A DNA stretch of 64,000 nt from Rhodosorus marinus CCMP1338 (taxonomy: Eukaryota; Plantae; Rhodophyta): positions 1-64,000 of the forward strand of contig JAMWBK010000003.1 of NCBI GenBank assembly GCA_029953675.1, given 5' to 3'. A model generated the notes under the pieces. It saw only the letters and a program-made list of their open reading frames with translations, had not been told where the DNA came from and did no database searches. The translations under genes and the position numbers were made by a program. The first letter of the stretch is position 1. Each line of letters begins with the position of its first letter. Positions 49,024 through 60,128 of this stretch are shown here, piece after piece.

Positions 49024-50695
49024 GTGAGTCAGCTGGAGGCGCTACGCGCAGAAGCGGTAGATCCAGACACATACCTCGAAGCCGTCAATGGCGTTGACGG
49101 AAGGGAGTGGAGAGATTCTGTGGACAAGGAGCTTGAGGTATTGAAACGATCAGGTACCTGGCAGTTCTCGGAGGTGCCGGAAGGAAGGAGACCACTGGCA
49201 ACAAAGTGGGTCTTCACCACGAAGAAGGATGCCTGGGGGAAACCCACCAAACGGAAGGCAAGGTTAGTGGCAAAGGGATTTTTACAAAGGCCCGGCGTGG
49301 ATTACATGGAACTATACGCACCAGTAGTCCGATGCAGCAGCCTTCGGCTCCTACTCTCCGTTGTGGTTCAGAGTAAGTTACATTTAAGGCAGTTCGACAT
49401 CGAGGCTGCATACCTCCACGGGAAATTGGAGGAAGAACTGTACCTTCAACTTCCAGAAGGAGTATCACCACCAGGTAAGATGAGAAGGACGGCGTTGAGA
49501 TTGATTAAGGCCATCTACGGCCTGAAGCAAGCTGGGAGAGTATGGAATCAAACCCCTTGACAAAGTAGTCAGGAGAATGGGTCTTCAACCCACGAAACTG
49601 GAGCCTTGTGTGTATCTGAATGAGGAGCGTACACTGTACATCTCAGTGTACGTTGGCTATGCTAGTAAAGTCTAGTTATTAGTTCATCTTCACGCCTTGC
49701 GTAGCGCTTCAGGCTATGCTAGTAAAGTCCAGTAAAGTCCAGTGTACGTGGACGATCTTATCATGGCAGCACCGGACAGTAAGGACATCGATCGCGCCAT
49801 AGAGCTCATCAAGGCTCACTTCCCGGTGAAGGCACTAGGCGAGGTCAGAGACTTGTTGGGCGTGAGATTATCGTACGACAGGGAACTGGGTGTGCTGAAG
49901 CTAAGCCAGCCTGGACTATCTCAGCGAGTCTACAACGAAGCTGGCGTAGGTCGATTTGTTAGTACACCCCTCGACGCAGGAAGCGTGGTCGGTGCGGATG
50001 ACGGAAAGGAAATACGACAAGCGGGTCAGTATCGAGCTCTTGTGGGAAAGGTGATGTATCTGGCAACAATGACCCGACCGGATCTCAGCTACGCGGTGAG
50101 GTACCTGGCACAATCCTCAGCGTCCCCGACTCAACGGAGATGGAAAAGCCTGATGCACCTGTGCAGATATATTGGCGCAACGGCCAATGCGGAGCTGACG
50201 TACAGGACTACTTCGACGCCTGAAGTCGTCAGCTACAGCGACGCGAGCTTCGGACACGAGCAAGGCAGGACATCTGTCACAGGCTACACAACATTGTATG
50301 GGGGAAACCTAATTAGCTGGGGGTCGAAAAAGCAGAGCATCGTAGCGCAGTCGACCTGTGAGGCGGAACTCATTGCAGCAAACGAAGGGGGACGATTCTC
50401 GGTATGGGCAGATAACCTACTACATGAGTTAGGCGAGGTGACAGAAGCACCTCTGATGAAAGTGGACAACAGCGGGGTCTTGGCGTTAGTAACGACCAAA
50501 GGAGTGACTCCGAGAACAAAACACTTGGAGATCAAGCAACTGTGGCTACAAGATCAAATTCAACGGGGGAGCGTGAGAATAGAGTACTGTCCTACGGAAT
50601 ACATGATCGCTGACCACCTGACGAAGACGGTCACCGGCAAACGACTGAGGGAGCTCACAAAGTTATGTGGATTAGAGTTGGTTGGATCCGCCTGA
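49024..50695 (+). pseudogene. pol: Copia pol RT-RNaseH remnant, frameshifted at 49553-49556 and interrupted at YVDD
   Basis: KARLVAKG, QFDIEAAYLHG, LIKAIYGLKQAGRVW, YVDD, RPDLSYAV, YSDASF, STCEAELIA, TKHLEIK. Confidence 0.92.
49654..49739 (+). mobile_element. 86-bp family A 3'-end insertion within Copia RT
   Basis: 18-nt tail piece plus a full 3'UTR and tail; flanked by CAGTGTACGT at 49644-49653 and 49740-49749. Confidence 0.92.
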
Positions 50696-51435
50696 GGGGG
50701 AGGATGTTGGATCAGCAGCAGTCAAGCATCAAATCTGAGCAAGTCACAGGGGAGGAATTGTCCGTGGGTACAAACAGGTTCGGATTGTAAGCAGCATGAT
50801 ATGGGTACAAACCAGTTCTAGGTTGTCAGTCGTTAGGCCTAGAGTTGCTTGGGTATCGTTGACCTGCCTTGTTAGGACTTGACAGGTATTTGAGAGTTGG
50901 TTTCACCTTGTAGTCGATGGGATAGCTTGAAGTAAAAGATGACCAAAGAGGTCCAAAGGTTATCCAGAAATCAGTAGTCTGAAATTTGCGGTGAGCAGAA
51001 GCAACAGTGCGCACTTCTTTACGTTTACACCTCGGTTTGGAGCAGCCGCCCTGGGCTTCCCGAGATCGCGCCCGCCTGCGTAGTCTTCGAGGGTGTATCA
51101 GCTGGTTTTATTCGCGTAGCCTAAAGCGCCACGCAAAGCATGAAAGGGAACTAAGAACTAGGTAGGGAAGCGTGCAAGCCCAAGCGTCAATGGCGCGCCT
51201 CGGCAAGCATGCTGCTCGAATATCGCCACAGAGAGACACTTAAACCCCGCTAAAGTTCCAAGTATTCAACAGGATGCTCAGTAAAACATTTCCGCAACCA
51301 CTCCAAACCCGAGTTCTCCACGTGACCAAGGCTTTACGCAATGAAAGGCTTGAACCGGTGGCAGCGACCCTCAGCGCGAGGCACACTGGACTTTACTAGC
51401 ATAGCCTGAAGCGCTACGCAAGGCGTGAAGATGAA

Positions 51436-54400
51436 CTAATAACTAGGGAGGGAAGCATGCAACCCCAGGCGCCGATGGCGCGCCTCGGAAAGCATGTCGC
51501 TGGAATATCGCCAAAGGGAGACACTTAAACGCCTCAAGAGCGCCAAATATTCAGTAGGATGCTCAGCAAAACATTTCCGCAACCACTCTAAACCCGACTT
51601 ATCCACGTGACCAAAGCTTTCCACAATGAATGGCTGGAACCGGTGAGAGCGACCCTCAGCGCAAGGCAGACTGGCCATGCTCTCAGCATACCGTCGTTCC
51701 TTAACTCTTCGAAGGGCTGAAGCCGCGGCCCCCCGGCGGCGGGCGGCTGCGGTGAGGTGGGCGCTGGCCACGGGGCAGGTAATCGCAAGGTCCACATATG
51801 TTGAGCGTCTGGTAGCAGCGTCGGAGACGAGGAGATCGGCTATACAACGGGGCGGTGCAGAGTCCGAGATGGATCTGGGCAGTTCCGACTCAACCTCAAC
51901 CGTATGCCCTATCCGAGTCAAAGATTCGCTGAGGATGTACTTGAGGCGAGTGTGACGCCTCGTACGGAGACCTCGCAACAGTCCGCAGGAACCCAGGAAG
52001 TGGTAGCCACAAGCGTCAATCCGGCTCTCACATCCCTGACAGAAAGACGGCCGATTAGAGTGCCACGGAGCCTGTGGCAAACCGAGATAGATCCGTGCGG
52101 CAGAACGGAACTGGAAAGCATCGAGACGATGACTCAATGACGACGGTAGAGTGGTTAACCACAAGTGCGAGAGGTGGCCTCCCATGCCGCGGAGACGAGC
52201 GGCAGTGGTAGGCGGCGTGAGAGGAGAATTGAGCATGACTGTGTGAGCGGCACTGTGTTGGCCCCAGGTGAGGCTATGTTGAATCACATCAGTGCGGGAG
52301 CTCCACAATCGGCTCAAACCCGGGTAGTCTGCAACAGGGGACCCGGGGCTAGCCTCTCCGTCATCGGCAAGAACTCGGTCGAGGGGAGAATCCTCAATCG
52401 CTTCAGCTCGTCCCCATAACAGCTCCCTCCAGGAACGAAAGCGGGACCGATTTGCGTCCGGCACGGCGTTGCACCTCCTGAACGCGTGTTGAAGACCATC
52501 ATAAATTGTCAAAAGCGGGGGCGGCAGGGTCACTGGATCCTCGTTGGTCAAAGCTCGAGCCAAGAGGCAGGCACTTCGCATCCGGAAGGTCACCAACGTT
52601 CGCAGCGCGGTAGCCCAGGAGGCAACCGCCGCTGGCGAGCATACCAGCCCACGGTCTGCGACGCCGAATCCCCCTAATCGCAACGGTAGAGCGATCTGTG
52701 CACGAATCAAGTCCCTGTCGGGAGCAGCTTCAAGATCGAGGGCTCATCCAAGAGCGTTCCCCAGTGTTGCAGGGTCATTTCGTCGGCTTTAGCCGCGATC
52801 CACGAGCCCCAAGCTGGAGGCAGGCTGCGCAACCAGTAGTTGAGTCTGGGACCGGCACAAAAGCGGGAAAGCAAGCAGGCCGATTGCAGCATGCTGTCGG
52901 GTAGGTGCTCAATGGCGTCGGTGAGTTGCTTGTGCCGTGCCAAAACTCGCTCGCAGGATGCTTGGACAAAGTTGTCAGTCCCCAATCCGACGCCGTGGTG
53001 TTCGAACCCTTCACGTTCGCTGATTAGTCGCAGAGTGGGTGGCAGAGAGTTCAGCGACACGTCCCTCGGGGGGGAGAAAGCGACATTTTTCTGTTTCCAC
53101 AGTCAAACCGACGCGACGTGCAATCGCTTCGATCGCGGTCAGTCCCCTAGCCAGGGTGTCAGGGGTGCCCAGCAATGTTACGTCATCGTGGTACGCGCAG
53201 ATTCGAAGATCCGAGACCTCAGTCGAAAGACGTAAAAGTACGAGCTGTAGGGCACAGGCATGAAGAAGAGGTCCGCAAGGGTCGCCTTGTTGGACGCCAG
53301 TATGTGCTTGAAAAACAGTGCCCTCCGTTGTCAAGTAGGGGAGGCTCTCCCCTCCGTAAATACCCGATAGAAACGGCCACGCCTCCGGAAACACACGTCG
53401 GAGCACCTCTAGCGCATGCGTCCGCGACACGCTGTTGAATGCGTTCCGGAAATCAACCACCAAGACTCCCCACTCCGGCCTACTGGCGCGTTCTAGCTCG
53501 ATCCCATGGGTGATCAGTTCGCAACCCCCAGAAAATCCCACCCCTACTTGCAAGGGCGCCATAAAAGCTGTGACGCGCTGGCGAAGGCGCTGGCATAGCC
53601 ACCTCCCGGCTAACTTCCGTAGGCTCTCCACCATCCCGATCGGCCGGAGACGCGGGTGGGCCGGCTGCTGGTCAGGTTTCGTGAGCAAGCAAAGCTGTGC
53701 CTGCCGGAGATGTTCCCATGGCGCGGACGCACCCGATACGCCCTGGAACAACTTGTTAAGGATCCTCAGAAGCGCGCTCTGGCCAGGCTGGCTCAGGGCC
53801 TGCAATAGCTCTGTTCTTAGTCCGGAGGGTCCAGGACAGCGTCCCCGACGCGAGGTACGAAGCAAATCCTCCAGGTCAGACTCACTGAGCGTCAGATCGA
53901 TGCGAAACCTGGCCAACTCCGGACGGTCCAAGAATACCTCGAATTCAGGGGACAAATCCACGTCGGACTCAGGGAACAAAGACGACACCGTCTGGGCGAG
54001 ACTATCATCGTAGGGGAGGACAGGCGCCTGGCCCTCCAAAACCCGCGCCGCTCGACTTAAATCGCCCACTGCTACCAATTTCTGTACTCGAGCTGGCACG
54101 GGCGACACTGTGCCATGCCGAGTCCGACGGGCGGATGGTGCTGACGACGCCAAATAGCTGCGCTGTAGTACTTCGAAGTCTCCCTTCAAGAACAGGGCCA
54201 GTCGGTCTCGTACTCGCCATCTGCGCTCCGATGTGTGAATGGGGGCCAGAATCAGGCGCGGCATGACCCCCAGAAAAACCCAAATGACTGTGTCCCGAAT
54301 GTTGCGAGCCAGGCTCGTGAAGATGAAATCGAGAATGGTTCCAGCTACCAGAAGGTCTCCACGAGGAAGGACGACTGGGGGAATGCCCCCACGGAGGGGA

Positions 54401-54507
54401 AGCGAGCCTCCTTCCAAAGAAATCCACCGCCGGAGCCAACTCCGAAAACGCGTACGCCAAATGCCCCAGTCTCCGCCCTCCTTCAGGACATAAGACTGTA
54501 GATCCAT
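51436..54507 (-). CDS. Family A ORF2, RT plus Zn-knuckle plus RLE (~1023 aa after correcting two homopolymer indels)
   Basis: All RT motifs with YHDD, CCHC knuckle, RLE; 3072 bp with compensating +1/-1 indels. Confidence 0.85.
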
Positions 54508-54539
54508 AGGCTGCGACCTCGCAGCCGTGCCTGGAAGCG

Positions 54540-55949
54540 CTAATCGTGCTTCTCCCCCTTAGACCCGGGGGAGTCGGTCCTCGCTCTCTTACCTCCTATC
54601 CGCACCAAAGTCGTGAGCCTCCCACTCCGCGAGGCTCGCGGAACGGATCCCGCGGGCTTCAGCAAAGTAACCTGGGCGTCCTCCACCGCCATGCCCTCAG
54701 TCTGCTCCCCTGCCTCACCACTCTCGCTGGAAGTAGTGCTGGAAGCAGAGCCCTCCAAAATCCCCACCCGCTGCAGCTCTGTCTTGTAGCGCGAAGTCAG
54801 CACAAGTCGCCTCTCCAGATCGAAGAAACTGGAAACCGCCATGCGCAGGTGACGAGGGCCCGACCGGAACCGCGCCAACAAGATCCTCTCAAGGCGCTGA
54901 ATCCGTAGCCAATGGATCGCTGCCGCCTTCACGCTGCTCTCATGCTCAGAGAGCCCTGCCGTTTCTCCCGGAGACAGGAAATTGCCCGAGAAACGGTCAA
55001 AATCCAAGTGCAAAACCACCTGCGGGTTGCAGCGCAGCCACCGGGCGCTCTCAGGCCACTGCTCGGTAGGCTTCGCCAGCAAGGCCTCCAGGTACTTGGC
55101 GGCGGTTACGGAGACCAAAAACAGCACATCGCGGCCCTCATAGTTTGCGAAGAAGAAATCACCCCTGCTGCACCCTAACGATTCCGCAAAAGTGTCCCGG
55201 AAGTCTCGCATAGACGGAACCTGTCCTCGTGTAGTCTGGGGCCGGACATTTCGCACCCACAGAAATTGGAGAGTGGTCTCCACAGGTCCATCCTGAGGCT
55301 CGCGAGATGGTATGAAACGGAGCATAGCCGCCGTACGTGTGGCAGTGGTGCCCTTCCGCAAGACTGATGCGTACGAAGCGCCCCCCTTGCGGCCACCACG
55401 TGCCCCCGAAGTAGCCGGGAGCTGGTGACCACCTGAGGGCTGGTCCAAGAGAGGGAAGTCCACAGCTGCAGTCTCCTCCACACCGGTTGCCGCACAGACA
55501 CCACCACCATTGCCTCGAGTCCCCGAGCGCTGAAGCGCGTTTTGGCCCGGCCTGCCGCTCCCCAACGTCGTACTGTCCCGCGCAGAAGCAACAGCCCTCG
55601 CCTGTCCCGGGACAGGTTCATGTTGATTGACCGGATGTTGACTGCCTTCAGCCAACGCTGCCACTCTGGCGCAATTCAAATTCTCGTCCGAATTTGAATT
55701 TGACCTGGCCAGCAATCCCGATTCCAGCCCACCTAGCTTCTGGGTGAGCTGAGGGAGCACTCCACGATCACTCGCGGCCGTGATCAGGCTGGTGACAGCG
55801 GAGATAAGTGAACGCGCCTGGGTGCCAGAAGCGCCTTCCAAGTCAACCTCGGAAGAAAACGTGCCGCAGCTGAGGCGAACACGGAGTCCCCCACCTGGCA
55901 GTGCCTCCTTGGGAGGAGGCTCCGTCGAGTGCGGAGATATCCCTACCAT
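54540..55949 (-). CDS. Family A ORF1 (469 aa), copy 3, intact
   Basis: Open frame from MVGISP to GSKGEKHD-stop. Confidence 0.85.
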   Translation of the reverse strand: MVGISPHSTEPPPKEALPGGGLRVRLSCGTFSSEVDLEGASGTQARSLISAVTSLITAASDRGVLPQLTQKLGGLESGLLARSNSNSDENLNCARVAALAEGSQHPVNQHEPVPGQARAVASARDSTTLGSGRPGQNALQRSGTRGNGGGVCAATGVEETAAVDFPLLDQPSGGHQLPATSGARGGRKGGASYASVLRKGTTATRTAAMLRFIPSREPQDGPVETTLQFLWVRNVRPQTTRGQVPSMRDFRDTFAESLGCSRGDFFFANYEGRDVLFLVSVTAAKYLEALLAKPTEQWPESARWLRCNPQVVLHLDFDRFSGNFLSPGETAGLSEHESSVKAAAIHWLRIQRLERILLARFRSGPRHLRMAVSSFFDLERRLVLTSRYKTELQRVGILEGSASSTTSSESGEAGEQTEGMAVEDAQVTLLKPAGSVPRASRSGRLTTLVRIGGKRARTDSPGSKGEKHD

Positions 55950-57411
55950 CCTAAGGGAATCCGCCAAGGAAACGTTGCACCACCAATATGAAACCGCACC
56001 GAGAGAATAATCGACCAAACCCAACCCAAATAGGAAAGGCCCCGCAACTCACCCACCCGGAAGACAGAAGTAGTTGCAAATGCAAACGACGCCCCGCGGA
56101 AAATCGAGGGGAAGGCGTACCAGAGGAAGCGCTTCCCGTAAACGAACACGCTCGCGACCGAAAAAGAAACAAAACCCCAATCCTCGACAACTAGCATAGC
56201 CTCGATACCCCACTTGAACCCACCGAGGCACACTGGCCATACTCTCGTTCCTTCACTAGGCGAAGGGCCGAAGCAGCTGCTCCCCGGCGGCGGGCGGCGG
56301 CCGCGAGATGGGCGCTTGCCACAGGGCATGTAATCGCGAGGTCAACATTAACCGAGCGTCTGGCGGCAGCATCGGAGACAAGGAGATCTGCGATACAGCG
56401 CGGCGGTGCCCTATCCGAGAACGATCTGGGTAGTTCTGATTCCACCTCAACCGTATGCCCTACCCGAGTCAAACATTCGCTGAGGATGTACTTGAAGCAA
56501 GTGTAACGCCTCGTACGAAGACCTCTCAACAGTCCGCATGAACCTAAGAAATGGTAACCACAAGCATCGATCCGACTCTCACATCCCTGACAGAAAGACG
56601 GCCGATTAGAGTGCCACGGAGCTTATGGCAAACCCCGGTAAATCCGTGGGGCGGAGCGAAACTGGAAGGCATCCAGACGGTGACCCAGTGATGACGGCAG
56701 GGTCGTTACTATCATAGCCTGATGCGCTACTCAAAACGTAGAAGGAAACTGGGGACTAGGAAGAGGCGTATGTAAGCCCAGGCGACGGTAGAATGCTTTC
56801 TCAACAGGTGGAACGCTTTTTCACTAGAACTTAGTTCCTTTTCACTACAGCGGCTTCGATACAGTGAATAAATTTGATACACTAAGAGCATTTTGCGCAG
56901 TGAGCGACTTCTAAGTCAAAATCACTTTCAATCAAAAATATTTAACGGATACACTACAACCAAAAATTACTGTGAACTTCATCAACGCCTGTTGCAGAGC
57001 ATCATAGATACTCAAAAGCGGTGGCGGAAGGGTCACGGGCTCTTCGCTAGTCAGTGCTCTAGCCAAAAGGCAGGCACTTCGCATCCGAAAACTCACCAAG
57101 GTGCGAAGCGCGGTAGCCCAGAAGGCGACCGCCGCAGCCGAGCCTACGAGTCCATGGTCGGCCACTTCAAATCCGCCTAATCGTAAAGGTAGGGAAATCT
57201 GGCCACGAATTAGGTCCCTGTCGGGAGCCGCTTCCACATCCAGGGGTTCATCCAAGATCGTTCCCCAGTGCTTCGGCGTCGCCTCTCGTCCGCCATGTCT
57301 GCCATCCACGAGCCCCAGTGCGGTGGAAGGCTTCGCAGCCAGTAATTCAGTCGGGCCGGGACAAAAGCGGGAAAGCAGGCAAGCCGATTGGAGCATGCTG
57401 TCGACATTCCA

Positions 57412-57528
57412 GCGACATGCTTTCCGAGGCGCGCCATCGGCGCCTGGGGTTGCATGCTTCCCTCCCTAGTTATTAGTTCATCTTCACGCCTTGCGTAGCG
57501 CTTCAGGCTATGCTAGTAAAGTCCAGTC
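57412..57528 (+). mobile_element. Family A 3' end inserted antisense into family B
   Basis: ATTCCAGCGACATGC..GGCTATGCTAGTAAAGTCC; no clear TSD. Confidence 0.88.
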
Positions 57529-59127
57529 CGTTAGGCGCTCAATGGTGTCAGTGAGCTGCTTATGGCGTGCTGAAACTCGTTCGCAAGAGTCTTAGACAAA
57601 GTTGTCACTCCCCAAACCGACGCCATGGTGCTCGAGCCCCGCACGTTCACCAAAGGCTCGGAGACTAGCTGGCAGGGAACCCCCCGAAACTTCACGTGCG
57701 GTGAGAAAACGGCACTTTTCGGGTTCCACGGTCAGATCTACTCCACGTGCGATTGCTTCGATCTGGGTCAATCCCCGAGCCAAGTTTTCCTCAGGGGTGC
57801 CCAGCAACGTCACGTCGTGATGGTAGGCACAGATGCGAAGCTCCGGCACCTCAGCCGCCAGTCGCTGGAGCACGAGCAGCAAGGCACAGGCGTGAAGTAC
57901 CGGCCCACAAGGATCACCCTGCTGAACGCCAGTACGTGCTGCAAAAACAGAGCCCTGCGTTGTCAAGTACGGGAGGCTCCCCCTTCCGTAAATACCGGAT
58001 CAGAACGGCCAAGCCTCTGGGAATACCCTTCGAATCACCTCCAGAGCATGCGTCCGCGAGACGCTGTTGAACGCCTTACGGAAGTCAACCACCAAAACGC
58101 CCCAATCCGGCCTACTGGCTCGCTCGAGGTCGATCGCATGAGTGATCAGCTCGCAACCCCCAGAAAATCCCACCCCTACCTGCCAAGGCGCCATAAAAGC
58201 GGTGACTCGCTGGCGTACGCGCTGGCATAGCCACCTCCCGGCGAGTTTCCGTAGACTCTCGACCTTGCCGATCGGCCGGAGACGCGGGTGTGCCGGCTGG
58301 TGATCGGGCTTCGTTAGCAGGCGAAGCTGTGCCAGTTGCAGATGGTCCCAAGGGGCAGATGCACCCCCTGCACCCTGGAACAGCGTATTCAGGATCTTCA
58401 CCAATGCATTCTAGCCAGGCTTCCTCAAGGCCTGCAGTAATTCCGTTCGTAGCCCAGAAGGTCCAGGGCGGCGTCCACGCCGGGAGGTCCAGAGCAAATC
58501 CTCCAGATCAGACTCACGGAGAGTCAGGTCGATGCGGAACCTGGCCAACTCTGGACGGTCTAAGAATGCCTCGAATTCGGGCAGCAAGTCCACGTCGGAC
58601 GAGGAACAACGCCGACACAGTCTGGTCGAGGCTCTCGTCGTTGGGGAGTACATTCACCTGGCCCTCCAAGACCCGTGCCCCTCGACTCAGGTCACCAACC
58701 GCCAACAATTTCCGCACTCGAGTCGTCCGAGGCGAGGCTGTCCCAGCACGAGTCCTCCGGCCGGATGCCTCGGATGACGCCAAGTAGCTCTGCTGCAACA
58801 CCTCAAATTCCCCCTTCAGGAACTTGGTCAGTCGTTCTCGGACGCGCCATCTGCTCTCCGATGTGTGAGTGGGAGCCAGAATCAGGCGCGGCATGATCCC
58901 CAAAAATTCCCACATAACGACGTCCCGTGGATTACGCGCCAAACTCTGGAAAATAAAATCCAGGATTGTCCCGGCCATGGAGAGCTCTCCTCGAGGGAGT
59001 ACAAGGCGCGGAATCCTTCCCCGGAGGGATAGGGAGCCTCCTTCCAAAGAAATCCATCGCCGGAGCCAACTCCGCAGGCGCGTGCGCCAGATGCCCCAGT
59101 CTCCGCTTTCCTTCAGGACATAAGACT

Positions 59128-60128
59128 GGCTTTACTAGTATAGCCTGAAACGCTACGCAAACCGTGAAAAGGAACTAAGAACTAGGTAGGGAAGCGTTCA
59201 AACCCAGGCGCCAATGGCGCGCCTCGGCAAGCATGCTGCTCCAATATCGCCACAGAAAGACACTTAAACGCCGCAAAAGTACCAAGTATTCAACAGGATC
59301 CTCAGTGAAACATTTCCGCAACCACTCTAAACCCGACTTCTCCACGTGAGCAAAGCTTTCCACAATGAAAGGCTGGAACCGGTGGGAGCGACCCTCAGCG
59401 CGAGGCAGACTGGCCATACTCTCAGCATACCGTCGTTCTTTCACTCGGCGAAGGGTCGAAGCAGCTGCTCCCCGGCGGCGAACGGCGGCCGTGAGATGGG
59501 CGCTTGCCATAGGGCATGTAATCGCGAGGTCAACATTAACTGAGCGTCTGGCGGCAGCATCGGAGACAAGGAGATCTGCGATACAGCGCGGCGGTGCCCT
59601 ATCCGAGAACGATCTGGGTAGTTTCGATTCCACCTCAATCGTATGCCCTACCCGAGTCAAACATTCGCTGAGGATGTACTTGAAGCGAGTTTGACGCCTC
59701 GTACGAAGACCTCTCAACAGTCCGCATGAACCTAAGAAATGGTAACCACAAGCATCGATCCGACTCTCACATCCCTGACAGAAAGACGGCCGATTAGAGT
59801 GCCACGGGGCTTGTGGCAAACCCAGGTAAATCCGTGGGGCGGTGCGAAACTGGAACGCATCCAGACGGTGACCCAGTGAACCCAGTGATGACGGCAGGGT
59901 CGTTAACCACAAATGTGATAGATGGCCTCCCATGCCGCCGAGGCGCGCGGCGGTAGTAGGCGGTGTGAGGGGAGAGTTGAGCAAGATTGCGTGAGCGGCC
60001 CTGTGTTGGCCCCAGGTGAGGCTATGTTGAATCACATCAGTGCGCGAGTGGCGATCCCGCCGGGAATTGAACCCGGGTCTCCCGCGTGACAGGCGGGTGT
60101 ACTGACCCCTATACGACAGGAACCTCAT
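59128..60128 (-). mobile_element. tRNA-Asp / family B 3'-end chimeric retrocopy (SINE-like architecture), 1001 bp
   Basis: 5 nt, then a 75-nt tRNA, then ~920 bp of B 3' end and tail; TSD GACATAAGACT at 59117-59127 and 60129-60139. Confidence 0.9.
60049..60123 (-). tRNA. trnD-GTC: tRNA-Asp(GTC), full length with 3' CCA, interpreted as a reverse-transcribed copy
   Basis: Cloverleaf: GTTCCTG/CGGGATC acceptor (one T-T mismatch), GTA/TAC D stem, CCCGC-CT GTC AC-GCGGG, CCGGG-TTCAATT-CCCGG, G73, CCA. Confidence 0.93.

Larger units (their letters stand above)
48702..51006 (+). mobile_element. Internally deleted Ty1/Copia LTR retrotransposon with a 5-bp TSD GTGCG
   Basis: TG..CA ends; TSD at 48697-48701 and 51007-51011; 29-bp 5' LTR remnant; gag start at 48769 (..EVNYPEW); RT-RNaseH; PPT GAGGGGGAGGA at 50694-50704; 3' LTR 50705-51006. 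Confidence 0.95.
48380..51103 (+). mobile_element. Family C-like fragments (48380-48701, 51007-51103) hosting the Copia element
   Basis: LTDFEVR / TSLRLHLGLEQPPW is collinear across the Copia insertion. Confidence 0.8.
51388..56223 (-). mobile_element. Family A copy 3, near full length, best preserved
   Basis: ORF1 intact; ORF2 broken only by +1 (G run near 53068) and -1 (G run near 52740); 33 extra nt at the 5' junction. Confidence 0.95.
51104..56700 (-). mobile_element. B-type 3' fragment (51104-51387 plus 56224-56700) split by A copy 3
   Basis: Collinear halves; TSD CGAGGCACACT at 51377-51387 and 56224-56234. Confidence 0.88.

Noticed and set aside
60049-60123. Ordinary genomic tRNA gene used as an insertion target
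   Set aside because: Encoded CCA, no leader or terminator, and it lies inside the TSD pair, so it arrived with the insertion
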